DNA of 32,000 nucleotides from Propionibacteriaceae bacterium. Its GTDB lineage: Bacteria; Actinomycetota; Actinomycetes; Propionibacteriales; Propionibacteriaceae. Location: the NCBI GenBank assembly GCA_031256725.1, contig JAIRQE010000021.1:30001-62000 (forward strand), written 5' to 3'. Below the pieces are notes generated by a model, which was given only the letters and a program-made list of their open reading frames with translations, was not told the DNA's origin and searched no databases. Shown in pieces: positions 1 through 7,328 of this stretch. How positions within the stretch are numbered: the first letter of the stretch is position 1; the number at the start of each line of letters is the position of its first letter. The position numbers and the translations under genes are program-made.

Positions 1-307
1 GGAGTGTAGCAATCACTGTGACGATGATGACTGTGAAGGCGGCAGGGAGGAGGCGCCGTACTCTTCTTCCCCAGAAAACGACGAGGTCGTGAGCGCGTCG
101 CGGAGGTTTGGTGAGGAGGTGTGTGGTGATCAGGAAGCCCGAGATGACGAAGAAGATGTCGACACCGACGAAGCCACCTTTCACGTTGGTGGGCCAGAAG
201 TGGTACACAAGAACAAGGGTCACCGCGAGTGCTCGCATCCACTGGATGTCGATCCGTGCGGTGTGAGTGTCAGTGGGCTTTACGCCTTCATTAGTTCTTG
301 AGACCAT
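1..307 (-). CDS. Acyltransferase family 3 (OafA/YrhL-like O-acyltransferase), N-terminal part; the 3' end lies beyond the window edge
   Basis: Absent from the ORF track because it runs off the edge. Minus-strand translation from ATG (complement 305-307) gives MVSRTNEGVKPTDTHTARIDIQWMRALAVTLVLVYHFWPTNVKGGFVGVDIFFVISGFLITTHLL...FWGRRVRRLLPA. This carries the typical acyltransferase_3 N-terminal motifs (RALAV..V..H; GG..GVD.FFV.SGFLIT; F..RR..RL.PA). The start overlaps the stop of the upstream gene by 17 nt. Confidence 0.8.
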   Translation of the reverse strand, partial: MVSRTNEGVKPTDTHTARIDIQWMRALAVTLVLVYHFWPTNVKGGFVGVDIFFVISGFLITTHLLTKPPRRAHDLVVFWGRRVRRLLPAAFTVIIVTVIATL

Positions 308-1457
308 AGCAGTGGTTCTCAATAATACCGGCTAGGCGGACAGTGTTCCCCGTTCTGTGAACCACCTCCAGATTCGTGAAATCATGGATGGCTTTCAGGT
401 CGAAATCCTCGTTGTCGATGGCGGTGAACAGAGCGTGAGCATCAGTGTACTGCTGGGCTGGGAAATCAGATGGTGAGGTGAAGAAGCCCCGGATTTCATC
501 ATATCCGTCAGCATCCAAATGATAGAAGAAGACGGGTTTGCCAAGTACCAACATCTCGTAAGTGATGGCGGAATAGTCGGTGATGAGGTAATCGGAGACG
601 GTCAGCACTTCCAGTGTGGAGTACCCGTTGATCTGGATGGCCCGGGGATCTTCGATAGTGAGTTTCGTGAGGGGATGTACTTTGATGATGAGGTTGTACC
701 TCTCGAAATCCACAGCTTCAATAAGGTGATCGATCTCTTCATGAACGGTTTCACCACGACGAAAAGTCGGGGCGAAAGTAATGGTCTTCTTGTCGCCAAG
801 TTCCGGATGTTCTGTCCGTATTTTCCCTTGTATTTCAGAGTTTTTCTCCGAATCGCTGAGGAGGTCCACGCGGGGTAGTGAAATCACTGAAACCGTGGAA
901 GGATCACAGTTGAAGGCCTGAGCAAAGTTGTGAACACTGCGTTCGCCACTGGCAATAACGAGGTCGTAGTTTTCGTGCATATGCATGAGCTGGGCCAACT
1001 CAAAGCTGGTGAGTCCTCGTCCTCCTGAACGAGCCTCCGCCTTATCGAGTATGGCGTACCCAAATTTCTTGAAGGACCCGAGCGCGTGCCAGATCTGGAT
1101 TACTTGGAGTGTTTTCTTGTGTGTGAAGATGCAGACGGGAATGCAGTAGGTATCAAGGACAACAGTCTTGCTGGTTGCGATATGGTACGCCTGGGTGAGC
1201 AGATGGAAGAGGTACCCAACGATTGCGGGTCCTTTGGGTACTGGCCGACACAGTAGCTTCACCTCCAAGTCAGGCTGATCACAGTGAAGCTGGTCGATCA
1301 GGAGAGTGAAATCCAGGGGTACATCCCAGCCTTGACGGCTGATAAAGATTACCTTGTTGCGGGTCGGGAAGAGCTTGATCGCAGCGTACAAAGCTCGTGC
1401 AGAACCTATGGCCACCTTGATGCCTAGGATCATGATTCCGCGCTGGAGCTTTTTCAC
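291..1457 (-). CDS. CDP-glycerol/alditol-phosphate glycerophosphotransferase, TagB/TagF family (388 aa)
   Basis: Motifs IQIWHALGSFKKFG, FAPTFRRG, KVHPL and LITDYSAITYEMLVLGKPVFFY are typical of the TagB/TagF (Glyphos_transf) family. GTG start preceded by AGGAG. Size is similar to TagB-type enzymes. Confidence 0.85.
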   Translation of the reverse strand: MKKLQRGIMILGIKVAIGSARALYAAIKLFPTRNKVIFISRQGWDVPLDFTLLIDQLHCDQPDLEVKLLCRPVPKGPAIVGYLFHLLTQAYHIATSKTVVLDTYCIPVCIFTHKKTLQVIQIWHALGSFKKFGYAILDKAEARSGGRGLTSFELAQLMHMHENYDLVIASGERSVHNFAQAFNCDPSTVSVISLPRVDLLSDSEKNSEIQGKIRTEHPELGDKKTITFAPTFRRGETVHEEIDHLIEAVDFERYNLIIKVHPLTKLTIEDPRAIQINGYSTLEVLTVSDYLITDYSAITYEMLVLGKPVFFYHLDADGYDEIRGFFTSPSDFPAQQYTDAHALFTAIDNEDFDLKAIHDFTNLEVVHRTGNTVRLAGIIENHCYGLKN

Positions 1458-1526
1458 GGTTCTCCTTTCATTTAGGAACTAGCCTACTCAAGAACACCCT
1501 CGTCACCGACTATTCCGTCATCACTC

Positions 1527-1655
1527 AAGATCAGTAGACGACTGTGGAGGGGTGTCAGACATCTGTTCTGGATCGTATCCCGAACGGAGGAGTTGCTTCC
1601 GAATGGAAGTAACTGCGTGAGTGTATCCAGAATAGATGCCTAGCACCCTCTCCAC
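1527..1655. repeat. Copy A of a ~128-bp internally palindromic, MITE/Correia-like intergenic repeat
   Basis: Its reverse complement aligns to 2900-3026. Over the 113-bp core I counted 7 mismatches and 1 indel by hand; the outer ~15 bp match more loosely. Internally it has ~23-28-bp terminal inverted arms (GGTGTCAGACATCTGTTCTGGAT ... ATCCAGAATAGATGCCTAGCACC) and a central hairpin (AGTTGCTTCC-GAAT-GGAAGTAACT). It sits between divergent genes. Confidence 0.8.
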
Positions 1656-1694
1656 AGCACAAGAGATCCTGGGTCAAGGTTATAGACTCAGTTC

Positions 1695-2804
1695 GTGGCT
1701 GCTACGCGAAAAGGTTCATCAGGGTCCGGCTCATCTCCCAAGGTGAGTGTCATTGTTCCGATGTTTAATGTGGCTGAGTACATCGCCCACGCGGTAGACA
1801 GCCTAAAGCAACAAACATTGGTCGATTCTGAGTTCATTCTCATTGATGATGGTTCTACCGATGGTACAGCTGAGGTCGCTATTACTGCGATAGGGGATGA
1901 CGACCGTTTTTGTCTCATAGGTCGTGAGAATCATGGGGCTGCAGCCACCCGAAACTTTGGGCTCTCAGTCGCCACGGGTGACTATCTGTGTTTTCTTGAC
2001 TCTGATGATTGTCTGTCTTCAGATGGGTTGGAAGTCATGTACAACGCAGCCGTGGATCAGGGGGCCCAGATTGTGACAGGGGACACACTACGGTTTACGT
2101 CCACACGGCAGTGGCGCCAGAGTTCATTAGTGAGATCTGGGGTCAACACCCCCGGGTTGAAAACCCTTCACACCCATCCGGAACTGTTATATGCAGTAGG
2201 CCCCTGGGCGAAGCTTTTCGAACGACGCCTCATTGATGGAGTCTTCTTCCCTGAACATATTCACTTGGGTGAAGACCAGCCTTTTGTACTCCAGGCTCTC
2301 ATGTCGGCCGCCAAGATCTTTACTGTCGACTCAACGGTGTACCACTATCGACAGCGGGAGGGTGGTAGCGAATCCTTAACGCAACATGCCTTGTCTAGGC
2401 CAGATGAAGTACTGGCGGACCTCTATGAAATGGTGAGATTGGGCCGAGGTATCCTCAGTGATGATCTCTTCGACTTCTATCTGAGGCGGGTGATCTACTC
2501 CGATATTTGGGCCAGGGTGGATGCTGCCCTTGCCGCTAAAGACCCAAGGATTCAGATGGCCGCTCTCACCTCGGTAAAGACTTGGTTGGAGGATCTTGAC
2601 TCTGACACTTTCAACAGGGTTGCAGATCTGCATACAGTTCCCCTTGTGGGAATCCTTTTCCGTCTGTCCTGCCTTCGAGCGCAAGGGATCTCGGCAGCTA
2701 GAAAACTTATGGGCATGATCCTGTCAAAGATGAGATTCAGAAGCTATGTACGCCTGCCTGTGGCTGTGGTACGCCTTCTTATCAAGAGAGTACAGCGGTC
2801 CTGA
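1695..2804 (+). CDS. Glycosyltransferase family 2 (GT-A), paralogue 1 of 3; the only plus-strand gene in the glycopolymer locus
   Basis: N-terminus VSVIVPMFNVAEYI...FILIDDGSTDGT, DxD-type LDSDD, and GPWAKLFERRLI..FFPEHIHLGEDQPFVL. About 50% identical by eye to the ORFs at 6147-7232 and 7329-8438. GTG start. Confidence 0.85.
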   Translation: MAATRKGSSGSGSSPKVSVIVPMFNVAEYIAHAVDSLKQQTLVDSEFILIDDGSTDGTAEVAITAIGDDDRFCLIGRENHGAAATRNFGLSVATGDYLCFLDSDDCLSSDGLEVMYNAAVDQGAQIVTGDTLRFTSTRQWRQSSLVRSGVNTPGLKTLHTHPELLYAVGPWAKLFERRLIDGVFFPEHIHLGEDQPFVLQALMSAAKIFTVDSTVYHYRQREGGSESLTQHALSRPDEVLADLYEMVRLGRGILSDDLFDFYLRRVIYSDIWARVDAALAAKDPRIQMAALTSVKTWLEDLDSDTFNRVADLHTVPLVGILFRLSCLRAQGISAARKLMGMILSKMRFRSYVRLPVAVVRLLIKRVQRS

Positions 2805-2899
2805 ATGCTCATGACCTCGTGTGAACTGGATTGAGATCATCCCTGCAAGGTACTGGGAGTGGTTTTAGCTCTTAGGTGATCTAGCTTTATGGCTGGAGT

Positions 2900-3026
2900 G
2901 TGGAGGTGCCAGACATCTATTCTGGATGCACTCACGCAGTTGCTTCCATTCGGAAGCAACTCCTTCGTTCGGGATAGGATCCAGAACAGATGTCTGGCAC
3001 CCCCTCCATAGTCGGCTACTGATCTT
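2900..3026. repeat. Copy B of the ~128-bp palindromic MITE/Correia-like repeat, inverted relative to copy A
   Basis: GGTGCCAGACATCTATTCTGGAT ... ATCCAGAACAGATGTCTGGCACC forms a 22/23 complementary outer stem. The central hairpin AGTTGCTTCC-ATTC-GGAAGCAACT is perfect. It lies between convergent genes, where it could also act as a bidirectional terminator. Confidence 0.8.
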
Positions 3027-3168
3027 TACGTTTTATTTACCATCCGTCATGTTGCGCGTAGTCGCAGGATCCAGACACTGCATTAGCTCTATTGGTCTCG
3101 ACGTTTATGGGGGATGGGCCGTTGTATACCGATGCCTTCACGGGTACCTCTGGCAAGGGTTGTGAGTG

Positions 3169-4326
3169 TTACGAGTTCCGCAGCCGACTTACGAAGATGG
3201 TATCCACTAGGCGCTGTGTTGCATTACCGCCGCATCGGTTGAGGAATCTTTCGTGGAATTCGCTCCATTGCTGCTCGTCAATGGTCGTGGTACCAAGCTG
3301 TGTCAGTAGGCTCTCAAGGTCGGTGACTACTGGGCCATAGGTGTAAGCCTCAAAGGGGTAGTAGAACCCACGCCAGTCGTCGTACTGCTCGAAATCGGGG
3401 GTATAGAAGACAACCGGTTTTCTCAGAAGGGCGTTGTCGAAGATTGCTGAGGAATAGTCGGTGATGAGCAGGTCGGAAACCAGGAGAAGATTATTGAACT
3501 CAGGGTAATCCGATAGATCCACAATCTGGTCGCGGAGGTTCTGGGGGATCTCCCATCTTTGTCGAACAAAGGGATGCATCTTGATGACGAAGAGATCCTT
3601 GTCCCCCAAGGCGGTAGCGACAAGGTCGAGGTTGAGGTACTCCTGTGGATAGTGAACCCCTCGGTCTCCACCACTGCGAAAAGTCGGCGCGAACAGAATA
3701 ACGCGACGATCCTTCAGTACGGGGAACTCCGCAAAGAGGTCCGCCCTTACGCGGGCTTTAGTTGCTTCGTCGAAGAAAAGATCTGAACGGGGTACACCAG
3801 TGGGGTGAACCGTCTCAAGGTCAACCCCGTATGCTTCAGCATAAAGGGGCCTGATCTCATCCGAACTAACAATGGTATCCGTATAGTTGCGATGGGTTAA
3901 TGTTGTGGGGGTTGTACCGCCTGGTTTACCGAGGCAACTGAATCCCATTCGTTTCATCGCTCCCAACGCGTGCCACACCTGAATGAGTCGAGCACCACGG
4001 CGAATCGGAAACACATAGATCATGGGGAAGACGTCATCAATGAGGGTGTACTCGGTATGAGCAATCTCAGCGGCAAGCCTCAAACGGTTCATGAAACCCC
4101 GGAATCCGCGAGCCTGAGTGAAAAACTCCTTAGTCGAATAGATTTCAGTATTCAGAGCATCACGAATATAGCGAAGGTTGTCATGAAGAACCAAGCCCCT
4201 GGTACAAATGAAAATCACAGTGTTGGGTTTCACTGGGTGAAATAGACAGACCGCGCCGTAAACCAGCAGGTAGGGCAGTCGAGCAAGCCGTTGAAGCCAC
4301 GGGTACAGGAAATCAGGAATCTTCAC
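3169..4326 (-). CDS. CDP-glycerol/alditol-phosphate glycerophosphotransferase, TagB/TagF family (385 aa), paralogue of 291-1457
   Basis: Motifs IQVWHALGAMKRMG, FAPTFRSGG, KMHPF and LITDYSSAIFDNALLRKPVVFY. The start overlaps the stop of the upstream SDR gene by 4 nt. Confidence 0.85.
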   Translation of the reverse strand: MKIPDFLYPWLQRLARLPYLLVYGAVCLFHPVKPNTVIFICTRGLVLHDNLRYIRDALNTEIYSTKEFFTQARGFRGFMNRLRLAAEIAHTEYTLIDDVFPMIYVFPIRRGARLIQVWHALGAMKRMGFSCLGKPGGTTPTTLTHRNYTDTIVSSDEIRPLYAEAYGVDLETVHPTGVPRSDLFFDEATKARVRADLFAEFPVLKDRRVILFAPTFRSGGDRGVHYPQEYLNLDLVATALGDKDLFVIKMHPFVRQRWEIPQNLRDQIVDLSDYPEFNNLLLVSDLLITDYSSAIFDNALLRKPVVFYTPDFEQYDDWRGFYYPFEAYTYGPVVTDLESLLTQLGTTTIDEQQWSEFHERFLNRCGGNATQRLVDTIFVSRLRNS

Positions 4327-5384
4327 GACGTGATCTCTCGTAGGATAGCGATAGTACGTTCGATGCCTTCGTCAAGGTCGAAGAGGGGTTTCCACCCCAG
4401 GTCGGCCATCTTGCCCCCATCCATTACTGCCCGACTCGCGACCGAGTATCCTGCACGTTCTGCTTCAGAGGGAAGCTCGAAAACGACCTCAAGACCAGCC
4501 TTACCAGCAACCTTCGCCGCCAGGTCCTTGAGGTGAATATCACCTGATGGGTGTGCAAGGTTGTACGCCTGACGACACCCTCCCAAAAACAAGCAGGTTA
4601 GGATCCCTGAGACAACATCCCCGACATGGAGATAGGAAAAGTACTGGTTCCCCTCAGATTTGAGTACGATGTTTTCCCCAGCGACTGCCTTGAGAAGGAA
4701 CTGTGACAGGGCCTTGGAGTCATTCAGCTTCATCGTCGGGCCGAAGACCCGCGGCAACCGGGGAATCACCACGTCGCGGCTGTGGTGTACCGAGAAAGCC
4801 TGGCACAGTGCCTCGCCTGTCCTCTTGGATTCGGGGTACCCAGCTCGCAAAGTATTGCAGTCGATGTACCCCATGTCCGTTTCTGTGAACCTTTCGATCC
4901 CAGAGCGGTTATCTCCATAGATTTCCACTGTTGAGAGGAAGAGGGTACGACTGGCCTCAGTACGTGCCGCAAGATCCAACATGGAGAAGGTACCGTGAAC
5001 ATTGGTCGTGATCGTACCAATGGGATCCTGGGAATAGGTCAGAGGGTGGGTGTTGCTTGCTGCATGGATCACCCAATCTCCTTGGTCGAAATCCAGAGGG
5101 TTGCCATTGAGGTCAACGGAGGTCATTTTTAGATTGGGATGACCCTCATAAGGCGCGAAACGGGCAGTCATCCCGGCAAGATCCCGAGCAAGGGCGTGAA
5201 TCGTACAGTTCAACCCGTTGGTATTGTGGGCCATGAGGACGTCGACGAGGAAGCTTCCGATCATCCCTGAGGCGCCTGAGAGAACCAGCGTCGTGTTGGC
5301 TAAGGCCCGCCATGGCAGATCAAGTTCAGCAACCCTACGAATATCATCGCGGTAGATGCGACTGTTGAGAATATGGATACTCAT
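4323..5384 (-). CDS. NAD(P)-dependent extended SDR (epimerase/dehydratase family); candidate reductase of the CDP-alditol pathway
   Basis: Gly-rich Rossmann motif VLSGASGMIGSFL near the N-terminus and catalytic YxxxK (YPESK). 4-nt overlaps with both neighbours suggest translational coupling with the cytidylyltransferase. Confidence 0.8.
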   Translation of the reverse strand: MSIHILNSRIYRDDIRRVAELDLPWRALANTTLVLSGASGMIGSFLVDVLMAHNTNGLNCTIHALARDLAGMTARFAPYEGHPNLKMTSVDLNGNPLDFDQGDWVIHAASNTHPLTYSQDPIGTITTNVHGTFSMLDLAARTEASRTLFLSTVEIYGDNRSGIERFTETDMGYIDCNTLRAGYPESKRTGEALCQAFSVHHSRDVVIPRLPRVFGPTMKLNDSKALSQFLLKAVAGENIVLKSEGNQYFSYLHVGDVVSGILTCLFLGGCRQAYNLAHPSGDIHLKDLAAKVAGKAGLEVVFELPSEAERAGYSVASRAVMDGGKMADLGWKPLFDLDEGIERTIAILREITS

Positions 5385-6121
5385 TGAGAGTGGCCCTCAG
5401 GTATCGGGTCCACACGAGTCAACCCGGTCACGTAGGCATGGAAGAGTGCCAGATCATCAGGGGTTGTCAGCTTGATGTTCTTGTCTGATCCAGCCGCAAA
5501 GTGGAGACGTATACCTAGGTCAACCATCATGGTGTTTGTGTACGAGGTCGGCCCGATCCCGATGCCCTTCTCGAAGGCTTCGACGTAGCTGGAATGCAGG
5601 ACGTCATATCGATAGGCCTGGGGGGTGGAGACTCGACGCAGGGTCTCGCGTGGGATGTACTCCAGGGTTGTTGTGGGGTCTTTAGGATCGATACGGAAGA
5701 TTTGCTCGTTATAGGGCAGCGAGGTCACAGCATTCCCGTGGCGACTGCACACAGCTAGGACATCAGAGACCACCCCCGGGTCGACGAGTGGACGGATACC
5801 GTCATGGATGATGATGGTCTCATCGTCGCGGCAACGGTTCCTCAGTTGGAGTACCCCCTTGAAGATCGACTCTTGGGCTGAGGCTCCGCCAGAGATAATC
5901 CAATCCAACTTCGTGATCCCGAACTGGGTGACATAATCCGAGAGGATTTCGTGCCATCCATCAATGCATACGACTCCAATCGAATCGACACAGGGATGAT
6001 CTTGAAAGGCCTCAAGGGTATAGATGATGATCGGTTTGTCTTCAACCAAAGTAAACTGCTTGGGTACCTCAAGGCCCATTCGAGACCCAGAGCCGCCAGC
6101 AATGATGATAGCTGTTGTCAT
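5381..6121 (-). CDS. IspD/TarI-family sugar/alditol-phosphate cytidylyltransferase
   Basis: MTTAIIIAGGSGSRMG..VPKQF is the IspD/TarI signature. Also IIHDGIRP, STPQ and KLTTPDDL. I moved the start to ATG at complement 6119-6121 (AGGAG 10 nt upstream). The longer track ORF (to 6187) would overlap the preceding gene and adds non-homologous residues. Confidence 0.85.
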   Translation of the reverse strand: MTTAIIIAGGSGSRMGLEVPKQFTLVEDKPIIIYTLEAFQDHPCVDSIGVVCIDGWHEILSDYVTQFGITKLDWIISGGASAQESIFKGVLQLRNRCRDDETIIIHDGIRPLVDPGVVSDVLAVCSRHGNAVTSLPYNEQIFRIDPKDPTTTLEYIPRETLRRVSTPQAYRYDVLHSSYVEAFEKGIGIGPTSYTNTMMVDLGIRLHFAAGSDKNIKLTTPDDLALFHAYVTGLTRVDPIPEGHSQ

Positions 6122-6146
6122 CGGCCTCACGCTCCTAGAGTCAATC

Positions 6147-7232
6147 CTAGGACCTCCCAAGACGCTTGGCGACCCGTACGACATCAATGGGTAGGCGCAG
6201 GATGTTTAGCACCGTCAGGTTCCTCAGAATCATAGCGCAGAGTTCACCTGCTGCACCTACTGCTCCTTCGCGAAGTTTAGGTAGACGGAAAAATGCTCCG
6301 ACAAGGGGAATCGTATGGAGGTCGCGCACACGATTAAAGGTTTCCTTATCGTAATCTTCGAGCCAGTTTCGTACTGCCTTCAAGGCGGGAACCTGTATAT
6401 CTGGATCCCTGGTGCGTAGAGCCGCATCCACGCGGGCCCAAATATCGCGGTGCATCGCTCGGGCAAGATAACGGTCGAAGAGGGAGTCATCGGCGAGGAT
6501 TGTGCGCGCCATGCGTACCATCTCGAAAAGATCACTGAGGACGACACCAGGTGGCGCTATCACACGGCTTGTGAGGGAAGCCCGCTTATCATCCTGGCAA
6601 CGATAGTGGTAGACATCCTGGTCGACGGTGTGGATCTTCTTAGCGTGAGAGTAGGCGCGCAATACGAAAGGCTGATCCTCTCCCAGACGAATGTGCTCAG
6701 GGAAGAAGGTGGCTTCGATGAGGTCTCTGCGATAGAGCTTCGCCCAGGGGCCAAGGGATTGCATGAGTTCAGGATGGGTGGCCAGGGTTTTGTTTCCAGG
6801 TTCAGTAAGATCGTTGGCAGCGTGGCTGATGGGCCAGACTCCAGTCGAGTTGAAACGTTGAGAATTCCCAGTGATGAGGTCAGCATCATTATCCTTGGCT
6901 GCGGTGTACATCACCTCAAGGGCATCAGGCAGAAGGATGTCATCAGCATCAACAAAACAGATATAGTCACCATCGGCAGATCGGATGCCGTGATTACGAG
7001 CAGCGGACGGACCCTGGTTGTGTTGCCCGACTAACCTGAATCGGGGGTCATCAATCCCAGCACAGATCTCGGCAGTGTTATCGGTGGATCCATCATCAAC
7101 CAAGATGAACTCAATGTTGTTGAGGGTCTGAGCTTGTAAGCCCGCGACAGTTCCACCTATGTACTTTGCAACGTTGTACATCGGCACAATGACACTGACG
7201 ACCGGTTTCGGTGGACTTGCTGCGGCTGTGAT
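6147..7232 (-). CDS. Glycosyltransferase family 2, paralogue 2 of 3; probable non-canonical ATC start (or N-terminally damaged)
   Basis: The track ORF starts at GTG 7187 (MPMYNV...). That would delete the conserved VSVIVP beta-strand present in both paralogues. The frame stays open upstream to TAA at 7257-7259 and encodes ...ITAAASPPKPVVSVIVPMYN, but contains no ATG, GTG or TTG. AGGGAGGGAG lies 5 nt upstream of ATC (complement 7230-7232). Confidence 0.7.
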   Translation of the reverse strand: MTAAASPPKPVVSVIVPMYNVAKYIGGTVAGLQAQTLNNIEFILVDDGSTDNTAEICAGIDDPRFRLVGQHNQGPSAARNHGIRSADGDYICFVDADDILLPDALEVMYTAAKDNDADLITGNSQRFNSTGVWPISHAANDLTEPGNKTLATHPELMQSLGPWAKLYRRDLIEATFFPEHIRLGEDQPFVLRAYSHAKKIHTVDQDVYHYRCQDDKRASLTSRVIAPPGVVLSDLFEMVRMARTILADDSLFDRYLARAMHRDIWARVDAALRTRDPDIQVPALKAVRNWLEDYDKETFNRVRDLHTIPLVGAFFRLPKLREGAVGAAGELCAMILRNLTVLNILRLPIDVVRVAKRLGRS

Positions 7233-7253
7233 AGGTACTCCCTCCCTAGTTTG

Positions 7254-7282
7254 ATGTTAAAACAAGCCTAACTGATTAGCAA
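7254..7282 (-). promoter_or_regulatory. Candidate sigma-70-type promoter for the GT2 gene at 6147-7232
   Basis: The minus strand reads TTGCTA, a 17-nt spacer, then TAACAT, about 10 nt upstream of the strong SD. Hexamer match by eye only. Confidence 0.3.
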
Positions 7283-7286
7283 CTTC

Positions 7287-7309
7287 AATACTGAACTTTA
7301 ATACTGAAC
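7287..7309. repeat. 10-bp direct repeat AATACTGAAC x2 (13-bp period) just upstream of the candidate -35
   Basis: Exact copies at 7287-7296 and 7300-7309 in an AT-rich 96-bp spacer between two GT2 genes. Confidence 0.6.
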
Positions 7310-7328
7310 ATGTCCGAATAGATTTCGA

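Noticed and set aside
89-301. 70-aa plus-strand ORF at the left edge
   Set aside because: It lies entirely antisense to a much better supported acyltransferase-3 coding frame on the minus strand (1-307). It has no recognisable motifs.
6122-6187. N-terminal extension of the cytidylyltransferase ORF (track start 6187)
   Set aside because: It would overlap the upstream GT2 gene by 41 nt and add 22 non-homologous residues. The internal ATG at 6121 has an AGGAG SD and starts exactly at the family-typical MTTAIIIAGG.
6450-7034. Long antisense 'shadow' ORFs inside well-supported genes. Examples: 519-878 +, 6450-7034 +, 14859-15389 +, 16223-16819 +, 17563-17976 +, 19561-20259 -, 21052-21687 -, 22516-23328 -, 23106-23720 -, 26721-27122 -, 29469-29966 +.
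   Set aside because: Each is fully embedded opposite a gene with clear family motifs. Their translations are low-complexity or Arg/Ser/Pro-rich, as is typical of antisense frames in GC-biased DNA. None has a convincing SD.
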